From assembly GCA_007694035.1 (NCBI GenBank), contig RECM01000121.1, positions 2,649-66,648 on the forward strand: a stretch of 64,000 nt of DNA. The letters run 5' to 3'. Made by a program: the position numbers and the translations under genes. This document shows, one piece after another, positions 57,247-64,000 of the stretch. The notes beneath the pieces were generated by a model. That model saw only the letters and a program-made list of their open reading frames with translations, did no database searches and was not told the origin of the DNA. The stretch is from Balneolaceae bacterium. Lineage in GTDB: Bacteria; Bacteroidota; Rhodothermia; Balneolales; Cyclonatronaceae. The stretch's first letter is position 1; each line of letters begins with the position of its first letter.

Positions 57247-58797
57247 TTACAGCGGCAGGTTGTCGTGTTTTTTTCTGGGAACAGAATCGACTTTATTACG
57301 GGTAATATGCAGGGCGTTGATAAGTTTCTTGCGGGTTTCGCCTGGAAGGATCACATCGTCGATATAACCGCGCTGGGCCGCCATATACGGATTCGCAAAT
57401 GTCTGTTCATATTCTTTTTCAAGCTCAGCCTGTCGGGTGGCGGGATCATCGGCGCTGGCAATTTCCTTTCGGAAGATGATTTCAACGGCTCCTTTGGTTC
57501 CCATCACGGCGATTTCGGCACTGGGCCAAGCCACATTATAATCGGCGCGTATATGTTTCGAATTCATTACATCGTAGGCTCCACCGTAGGCTTTCCGGGT
57601 GATGACTGTAAGCTTGGGTACTGTTGCCTCGCAGAAGGCATAAAGCAGTTTGGCACCATGCTTTATTATACCGCCCCACTCCTGATCGGTACCGGGCAGA
57701 AATCCGGGAACGTCTTCAAATACGAGCAGAGGTATGTTGAAACAGTCGCAGAAGCGAACAAAACGTGCCCCTTTTATGGATGCTTTAATGTCGAGGCACC
57801 CAGCGAGTGACAATGGCTGATTGGCAACAATTCCCACACTTTTTCCGTCAAGCCGGGCGAAACCGACAATAATATTGTCGGCATAGTTTTCATGGATTTC
57901 GAAAAAGGAGCCTGCATCTACCACACCTTTTACCACGTCCCTCATATCGTAGGGCTTGTTGGGATTTTCGGGTACTATGGTATCGAGCAGTTTCGCTTTT
58001 TCAGGATCCGGTTCAACACCTTTCAGAACAGGCGTTCTTTCTTCACAGTTCAGCGGCAGATAGGTCATCAGCTTGCGTATGTCGAGCAGGCACTTCGCAT
58101 CGTTTTCGCTTGAAAAATGGGCTACACCCGATTTGGTACTGTGGGCTGATGCACCGCCAAGGGCTTCAGATGTTACGTTTTCATGGGTCACTGTTTTTAC
58201 CACATTGGGTCCGGTAACAAACATGTAGCTGGTATTTTTTACCATGAAAACAAAATCGGTGAGCGCCGGACTGTAGACGGCACCGCCGGCACATGGACCC
58301 ATGACCGCAGAAATCTGGGGCACTACACCCGATGCCATACTGTTTCTCCAGAACACTTCGGCATACCCGCCCAGCGAAGCAACACCCTCCTGTATACGTG
58401 CTCCGCCGGAATCATTGATTCCGATTATGGGGACGCCATTTTTCATGGCAAGGTCCATGATTTTACAGATTTTCTCAGCATGGGCCTCCGACAGGGAACC
58501 GCCGAATACGGTGAAGTCCTGACTGAACACGTAAACCAGCCTGCCATCAATTGTACCAAAACCGGTAACCACACCATCGCCGGGGTAGCTGATTTTATCC
58601 AGGCCGAAATCACGTGAGCGATGTCTAACAAATGCTCCGATCTCCTCAAAGCTGCCTTTGTCGAGCAAAAAATCAAGACGTTCACGGGCCGTCATTTTTC
58701 CGGCTTCATGTTGCTTGTCGATGCGGTCCTGCCCTCCGCCAAGCTTGGCTTCTTTTCGAAGGCTGTGAAGTTTTGCGACTTTGCCGTTCTGATCCAT
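57247..58797 (-). CDS. acyl-CoA carboxyltransferase beta subunit (propionyl-CoA carboxylase beta / methylmalonyl-CoA decarboxylase alpha type)
   Basis: 516 aa with two carboxyltransferase half-domains: [31 protein letters not shown] and [18 protein letters not shown]. Confidence 0.95.
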   Translation of the reverse strand: MDQNGKVAKLHSLRKEAKLGGGQDRIDKQHEAGKMTARERLDFLLDKGSFEEIGAFVRHRSRDFGLDKISYPGDGVVTGFGTIDGRLVYVFSQDFTVFGGSLSEAHAEKICKIMDLAMKNGVPIIGINDSGGARIQEGVASLGGYAEVFWRNSMASGVVPQISAVMGPCAGGAVYSPALTDFVFMVKNTSYMFVTGPNVVKTVTHENVTSEALGGASAHSTKSGVAHFSSENDAKCLLDIRKLMTYLPLNCEERTPVLKGVEPDPEKAKLLDTIVPENPNKPYDMRDVVKGVVDAGSFFEIHENYADNIIVGFARLDGKSVGIVANQPLSLAGCLDIKASIKGARFVRFCDCFNIPLLVFEDVPGFLPGTDQEWGGIIKHGAKLLYAFCEATVPKLTVITRKAYGGAYDVMNSKHIRADYNVAWPSAEIAVMGTKGAVEIIFRKEIASADDPATRQAELEKEYEQTFANPYMAAQRGYIDDVILPGETRKKLINALHITRNKVDSVPRKKHDNLPL

Positions 58798-58818
58798 TCT
58801 GGTTGTGGTTAGACCGGG

Positions 58819-60939
58819 TTATTTTTTGGTATGGGAAGTGAAATATGACTGGAGCCTGTCAACAAAATTAACCGCCTCGTCAGAATAAGGGTCAATTTTA
58901 TTCTTCTTGAAAATATTTTTTGTGATGTAGGGCCCGGCTTCATCCCAACTTTCCATTTCGGCCAGATCTCTGATTACAGTATTGAAAGCTGCCTGATCAT
59001 CCTTGAAGAACCGCTTTATGTAATATTTCTTTTTGTCGTCGAGCGTTTTTTTGATTTCATCGATTCGGAGTGGATTGCTTATTTCGATGTCGACTTCATA
59101 GTCATCATCCGGGTGGGTGAGGCTGTCACCCAGTGATTTTTCCTCACCGCTTTTCCCCAATTCCGGTATCCTCACGGATGAGGCAGCAGAGATGAATCGT
59201 TTCCACATGGGGAGGGTTTCGTCACTGCTTTTTCCGGCAGATTCCCTGGTATCAGGTACCGCATCGGCCGGTGGCTTTGCAGGTTGCTCTTTGGTATCCG
59301 CTTCCTCATTTTTATATCTCTCGAACAGCGGACGGTCTACATCAGGTTCAGTCTTTGCCTTCGGTTCTGGCACAGCCACTGATTTTGCCGGGGGTTCAGG
59401 TTTAGATATAAATTCCGGTCTGACATCGGATCGGTCGGTTTCCCTGGCCGGTTTCACACTTTTAACTTCCCTTACTGGTTCATCGGCAGGGGCTGATCCG
59501 GTTTCTTCCGGCTGCCTGAATTGCTGCCAAAGCGGGGCAGGTTCGTTATCAGACTTTTCGGGTTCGTGTGTATTAGCAGGTGCTGCTTGTTGTGTTGGTT
59601 TTGCGGGAGGCTGATCGGCAGAATCCGTGTTCCCGGATACAGCCGGTTCAACGCTGTCGGGCACTGGTTCAGTTTCAGATCTGGCAGATGTTTTCCTGGC
59701 AGTTGATATTTCCGGTTCGGGATCAGTACCGGTGTCCGAATCATTTTCCATACTGGCGGCTGGCGTTTCCGGTCTCGGTTGCCTGGCGGGTTCCGGCGGT
59801 GAGGCTGTATCATCGGGCACATCATCACTGACTTTTTTAGTGCCGCTATCAGATTCAGCTGTAGTGTGCAGGTGTGGTTCAACCGGTTTGGGTGATGTTT
59901 CAACAGGCGCGTCCTGTTCGGAAGTTACTGATGTATGCTGAGATTTTACGGTTTCATCCGTAGTGATGGTTCCATCCCTAACGACTGTTTCATCTGCAGT
60001 GTCGGTTCCATCCGTAGCGACGGTGTCATCCGAAGTGTCAGTTCCATCTGCAGCATCGGCTGTATCTGTTGCGTCGGTACCATCTGCAGTGTCGGTACCA
60101 TCTGCAGTGTCGGTACCTGTAGATGAGGCGGTATCAGGTGTGGTGTGAGCTGATGACGCAGGTGAAACAGCAGGAGCGGTTACGGCAGCGGTTGCAGAGG
60201 CAGCGGTATCGGAATCGTGATCAATGGCCGGTGCAGAAAGTATTTCAATTAATTGTGTCTGGCTCAGGGCCCCTTCTTTACGGTCAAAAAGCAGGGCCAG
60301 TTGTTCACGCTGTTTATCACGGAAAAAGCGGGCCAGTAATTCCGGCTCAACAAGATGATTGTTCAGTTCGAAAAGCGGGGCCAGCAACTGTGCCCAGTTA
60401 AGAGGGCTGTACTGAGCGGTCAGTTTAGCATCAAGCTGACTGATGAAACTTGAAAAACGTTCTCTGTCGATGAAGTCAAGCTGCTTCCTCCTCATGTAAT
60501 TGGGCAGATGCTGTCCGAAATGGGTATATACCACAATAGTTTCCACCCTTTCGCAGGCCTGCCTGAAATCCAGGGTTTTATCGTTTCCAAAAAGATAATC
60601 GGGCAGGTTCATTCGGGGCTCGACAAGAATATTGAGCAGATCGCCAACCGCCGATTCAATAACCGACCTGGCAGATGCGGCGGGAAGGCGTGTTTCAGCT
60701 TCAATCGCTTCGATAAAGCGGGTCCAGGCAGCACGAACCGGCTTTGCATCCATATCGGCCCATTCGGTTTTCGGTGGCACGATTGAGTCGCCAAGGTTTT
60801 TATGTAGCTCAAATTTTATTCTGTCAACCAGGAAGCCGGGAATTCCAAATCCGCCAAGCCACTGAGGATCAATGAATTCGAGGTCGGAAGGAAGCTTGTT
60901 GAGCAGGTTGTCTGTTACAGTTCTTTGTGTACGTTCCAT
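58819..60939 (-). CDS. hypothetical protein with folded N- and C-terminal domains separated by a ~350-aa acidic T/D/A/P/E-rich disordered region
   Basis: 706-aa ORF lying 21 nt upstream of the carboxyltransferase gene. The central TDTADGTDTADGTDATDTAD... and PE/PA-rich segments are low complexity. No family recognised. Confidence 0.7.
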   Translation of the reverse strand: MERTQRTVTDNLLNKLPSDLEFIDPQWLGGFGIPGFLVDRIKFELHKNLGDSIVPPKTEWADMDAKPVRAAWTRFIEAIEAETRLPAASARSVIESAVGDLLNILVEPRMNLPDYLFGNDKTLDFRQACERVETIVVYTHFGQHLPNYMRRKQLDFIDRERFSSFISQLDAKLTAQYSPLNWAQLLAPLFELNNHLVEPELLARFFRDKQREQLALLFDRKEGALSQTQLIEILSAPAIDHDSDTAASATAAVTAPAVSPASSAHTTPDTASSTGTDTADGTDTADGTDATDTADAADGTDTSDDTVATDGTDTADETVVRDGTITTDETVKSQHTSVTSEQDAPVETSPKPVEPHLHTTAESDSGTKKVSDDVPDDTASPPEPARQPRPETPAASMENDSDTGTDPEPEISTARKTSARSETEPVPDSVEPAVSGNTDSADQPPAKPTQQAAPANTHEPEKSDNEPAPLWQQFRQPEETGSAPADEPVREVKSVKPARETDRSDVRPEFISKPEPPAKSVAVPEPKAKTEPDVDRPLFERYKNEEADTKEQPAKPPADAVPDTRESAGKSSDETLPMWKRFISAASSVRIPELGKSGEEKSLGDSLTHPDDDYEVDIEISNPLRIDEIKKTLDDKKKYYIKRFFKDDQAAFNTVIRDLAEMESWDEAGPYITKNIFKKNKIDPYSDEAVNFVDRLQSYFTSHTKK
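59945..60120. repeat. degenerate 18-bp tandem repeat inside the acidic-protein gene
   Basis: GTCGGTACCATCTGCAGT is perfect at 60073-60090 and 60091-60108, with a partial third copy from 60109. More diverged copies extend upstream (for example GTCAGTTCCATCTGCAGC). The repeat encodes (T-D-T-A-D-G)n on the minus strand. Confidence 0.85.
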
Positions 60940-61030
60940 AGATTATTTTTTTTTCAAATATAGGGCGTAAGTTAAGACCCTTCAAACCCAATTGATTGGG
61001 GATTTGATTTTGACTCGTTACCTTGTGTGC

Positions 61031-61651
61031 ATGCAAAAAATTGAAATTTCCAATTTATCAAAACGATTTGGGAACAAGCTGTTGTTCAGGAGCATAAACG
61101 CAGTTTTTACCTCTGGAGTACATGGAATAGCGGGGCCAAACGGAAGCGGCAAATCTACCTTCCTCAAATGCCTGATCGGATTGCAGAAACCCGGATCGGG
61201 CCAGATAGTTTTCAGCATGAACGGGAAAACGCTCTCGCCTGCTGAACGCCTCACAAAGGTAGCTTACACCGGGCCGTACATAAATACGTATACCGAGTTG
61301 ACCGTTCTGGAAAATCTTCAATTTTTGAGCCGGCTTCTCGACAAATCACCCGACTCCGCCGGGATGCTGCTTAACAAGCTGGGTATTTCCGACATCGGCG
61401 ATCAGCTTGTGGGGTCGCTTTCCAGCGGGCAGCAGCAGAGGGTTCGTATTGCATCAGCCCTGATCAAGGATTCCCCGATACTATTTCTTGATGAGCCGGG
61501 CAACAACCTCGACCGGGACGGAAATGATTTGATCGCATCAGTTCTGGATGAATCAAGGTCGGCTAACAGACTCGTATTGCTGGCAACCAACCAGCAATCG
61601 GAACTGGAATTATGCGATGATATTCTTCACATTAACGATTATAAAAAATAA
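61031..61651 (+). CDS. ABC transporter ATP-binding protein (no permease gene adjacent)
   Basis: I chose the ATG at 61031 (MQKIEISNLSKRF). Walker A GPNGSGKST, signature LSSGQQQR, Walker B ILFLDEP. Confidence 0.85.
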   Translation: MQKIEISNLSKRFGNKLLFRSINAVFTSGVHGIAGPNGSGKSTFLKCLIGLQKPGSGQIVFSMNGKTLSPAERLTKVAYTGPYINTYTELTVLENLQFLSRLLDKSPDSAGMLLNKLGISDIGDQLVGSLSSGQQQRVRIASALIKDSPILFLDEPGNNLDRDGNDLIASVLDESRSANRLVLLATNQQSELELCDDILHINDYKK

Positions 61652-61665
61652 TATTAGTACAAACC

Positions 61666-62769
61666 ATGAGCTACAGAACCGAAGACTACCATCTGGCTGA
61701 AAAACTGCTTACATATAGTGTGGATTTGCAGGAAAACGAGAATGTTATGATACAGCTTGTGGGCCTGAACGGAATAGGACTTGCCAGGGCCCTGGTTGAA
61801 GTTTCCCGGAAAATGAAAGCGAATCCGTTCGTGCGCATTGAAGATTCGGAAATACAGCGTGAATTACTGGAAAGTGGTGACACCGGGTTCTGGCAGAACC
61901 AGACCGATACCGATCAGCTGCCTCTGATGAAACAGATGCACGCGTTTATTGGTATAAGGGCAACCGAAAACATCTATGAGGGATCCGGAGTGAGCGGCGC
62001 TGCCAATAAAGCCTATGCCGAATCGTTTTTAAAGCCTGTGCACTTTGAACAGAGAGTTAATCACACAAAATGGTGCATACTCAGATATCCTTCTGCGTCA
62101 TTTGCCATGAATGCCAAAATGCCGACCCGCGAGTTCAGCCACTTCTACTACAAAGCCTGCCTGCTCGATTATAATAAACTGAGAGAAGCCATGAAGCCTC
62201 TTGAAGAGAGACTTCGCAAGACCCGGGAAATCCGGTTGGCTGGCAAGGGAACCGATATCACCTTTTCCGTTGAGGGTCAGAACTGGATACCATGTTACGG
62301 GTCAAAAAACATACCTGATGGAGAACTTTTCAGTTCCCCGGTCATAGATTCGGTAAACGGTGATATCACCTACGCGCCCTCAGTTTATCAGGGCAAACCC
62401 TTTGAATATGTTTACCTGAAAGTTAAAGGCGGAGTGGTTACCGGTTTTGACTCCTCCAATAATCCGGCGCTTGAAGAGATACTTGATACAGACGAAGGGG
62501 CCAGGCGTTTCGGTGAATTCAGCTTTGGTACCAACCCCGTAATAGAGAGTCCCATGTACGATATATTGTTCGATGAAAAGATATATGGTTCCAACCATCT
62601 CACGCTGGGCCAGGATTATGAGGAGGCATCGAACGGGAATAAAAGCAGCATCCACTGGGACCTGGTCTGTATAGGTGCCGATGTATGGCTGGATGGAGAG
62701 CTGGTAAGAAAGGGCCGGCTATTCGTAACCGACGATCTTAAGGGCCTGAATCCGGATCACTTATTATGA
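61666..62769 (+). CDS. M29-family aminopeptidase (AmpS/PepS-like)
   Basis: 367 aa. The overall pattern with E.FSFGTNP and GSNH.TLG...IHWDLV near the C-terminus is what I recall for thermophilic-metalloprotease M29 enzymes. Confidence 0.8.
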   Translation: MSYRTEDYHLAEKLLTYSVDLQENENVMIQLVGLNGIGLARALVEVSRKMKANPFVRIEDSEIQRELLESGDTGFWQNQTDTDQLPLMKQMHAFIGIRATENIYEGSGVSGAANKAYAESFLKPVHFEQRVNHTKWCILRYPSASFAMNAKMPTREFSHFYYKACLLDYNKLREAMKPLEERLRKTREIRLAGKGTDITFSVEGQNWIPCYGSKNIPDGELFSSPVIDSVNGDITYAPSVYQGKPFEYVYLKVKGGVVTGFDSSNNPALEEILDTDEGARRFGEFSFGTNPVIESPMYDILFDEKIYGSNHLTLGQDYEEASNGNKSSIHWDLVCIGADVWLDGELVRKGRLFVTDDLKGLNPDHLL

Positions 62770-62854
62770 TGATTCCCATAGGGTTACCTGATGTGCGAGA
62801 ATTTTTTTACCGGAAACTGTGTTAGTTACAGAATAAAGGCGGCAGCTAATAAGT

Positions 62855-62920
62855 ATGTACAGAGATTCAAAAATGTACAGACAATTCAGTATGTATAGAG
62901 ATAATAAAGAATGTACGTAG
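62855..62920 (+). other. 21-codon uORF made of three hexapeptide repeats / four direct DNA repeats upstream of rel
   Basis: ATGTAC/ATGTAT copies at 62855, 62873, 62891 and 62911. In frame they read MYRDSK MYRQFS MYRDNK ECT stop (TAG at 62918-62920). There is no experimental or homology support. Confidence 0.3.
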
Positions 62921-62957
62921 TGTAAAAGCCATGAATTAAGTACATTTCCGGATTAAT

Positions 62958-64000
62958 ATGAGCGGTACTGCAATCAAAATAAAACAAAATCTCGCGGAAT
63001 ACAGTCTTCCGGAACCTCAGGCATTAGAACTGGCCAACCTGCTTAAGGTGTGTTCCGACCACATTGATAATGTGGATACAGACCTCATAAGCCGTGCATT
63101 CAAGCTGAGTTTTCTAATGCATGATGGTGAAACCCGTGCATCAGGCGAGCCCTACTATATGCACCCGCTCGAAGTGGCCTATATAATAGCCCGGGAAATC
63201 GGCATGGATGATGTTTCAATTGTTGCCGCATTGCTTCACGACACGGTTGAAGATACCAGCGTTAGTCTTGATGACATCAAGAAGGAATTCGGCCCTACTG
63301 TAAGCCATCTGATCGACGGATTGACCAAAATCTCAGGGGTGTTCAAAACAAAAGGCACAAAGCAGGCCGAGACGTTTATGAAGCTGCTCATCACGATGGC
63401 AGAAGACCTGCGTGTAGTGCTGATCAAGTTTGCCGACCGCCTGCACAACATGCGTACGTTGTACCATCTTCCAAAAGCGAAACAGCTTACCATTGCTACA
63501 GAAACCATGGAGCTGTACGCACCTCTCGCGCACCGATTTGGCCTGTTCAAAATAAAAAGTGAGCTCGAGGATCTCAGTTTCAAAGCACTTGACCCGAACG
63601 GCTTCAAATTTATAGCACGCAAGCTCAAAGAGAGAAAAGAGTCGCGGGAAACATTCATGCATCAGTTCATGGAGCCTATTCATGAAAAGCTGATTTCAGG
63701 CGGATTTGATTTTGAAATTAAGGGCCGGCCCAAGCACATCTATTCGATCTACAAAAAGATGATGCGGCAGCAGAAGCCTTTTGAGGAAATTTACGACCTG
63801 TTTGCGATCCGGATAATATTGAATGAGCCACACTCCAAGGAAGACTGCTGGCGTGTGTATTCCATTATTACCGACTCCTATACGCCGATACCGGAGCGAT
63901 TCCGTGATTTTATATCCGTACCAAAGGCAAACGGTTATCAGTCGCTGCACACCACGCTCATTACCAACCGCGGCGTTAAAGTGGAAGTGCAGATACGTAC
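62958..64000 (+). CDS. rel: bifunctional (p)ppGpp synthetase/hydrolase, N-terminal ~347 codons (runs off the window end)
   Basis: Absent from the ORF track because there is no stop in the window. Translation from the ATG at 62958 gives the HD hydrolase motifs (YYMHPLEVA, LLHDTVEDT) followed by the synthetase motifs (GRPKHIYSIYKKM, DLFAIRII, NGYQSLHTT). Confidence 0.93.
   Translation, partial: MSGTAIKIKQNLAEYSLPEPQALELANLLKVCSDHIDNVDTDLISRAFKLSFLMHDGETRASGEPYYMHPLEVAYIIAREIGMDDVSIVAALLHDTVEDTSVSLDDIKKEFGPTVSHLIDGLTKISGVFKTKGTKQAETFMKLLITMAEDLRVVLIKFADRLHNMRTLYHLPKAKQLTIATETMELYAPLAHRFGLFKIKSELEDLSFKALDPNGFKFIARKLKERKESRETFMHQFMEPIHEKLISGGFDFEIKGRPKHIYSIYKKMMRQQKPFEEIYDLFAIRIILNEPHSKEDCWRVYSIITDSYTPIPERFRDFISVPKANGYQSLHTTLITNRGVKVEVQIR

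Noticed and set aside
59117-60401. A cluster of plus-strand ORFs (59117-59614, 59627-59941, 59963-60148 and others), and the possibility of a CRISPR-like array.
   Set aside because: They are antisense or alternate-frame artefacts of the low-complexity repeat region in the 706-aa minus-strand gene. The repeats are contiguous 18-mers without spacers, so this is not a CRISPR array.
61031-61651. A stand-alone ABC ATPase as part of a hidden transporter or defence-type ABC system.
   Set aside because: It is an ordinary ~206-aa single-NBD protein with standard motifs. It has no adjacent permease, nuclease or other partner, so nothing beyond 'orphan NBD' can be supported from this window.

Overview
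The window is a densely packed, mostly co-directional stretch of bacterial core chromosome. It holds about 55 protein genes, one tRNA-Leu(UAA) and a few intrinsic terminators. I saw no rRNA, CRISPR array, transposase, integrase, phage genes or recognisable defence or toxin-antitoxin module. Well-supported genes are tgt, accA, nadC, cdsA, hflX, aroA, hsp20-dnaK, gcvP, sucD, dnaG, recO, an HtrA-type protease, pheA, cbpA-clpB, an acyl-CoA carboxyltransferase beta subunit and a bifunctional Rel/SpoT (both ends of the window cut genes). The gene content (CarboxypepD_reg-type TonB receptor, BatA-type protein, DUF4199-like protein, unlinked sucD, many apparent TTG starts with weak Shine-Dalgarno sequences) suggests an FCB-group bacterium of the Bacteroidota/Rhodothermota/Balneolota type. 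That placement is inference only. The best candidate for an uncharacterised system is a tightly coupled four-gene operon at 32751-34851 (minus strand). It encodes two paralogous DUF1538-type membrane proteins plus two paralogous PII-like signal proteins, which looks like a PII-gated transporter of unknown substrate. Secondary leads: tandem paralogous small membrane proteins coupled to a non-MerA disulfide reductase next to a periplasmic rhodanese; a triple-hexapeptide uORF or iteron array just upstream of rel; a duplicated palindromic operator in front of a His-rich lipoprotein and TonB-receptor pair; and a 706-aa protein with a very acidic, tandem-repeat-encoded disordered core. Nothing here is clearly a new system, and all functional ideas need database and experimental checks that I cannot run.
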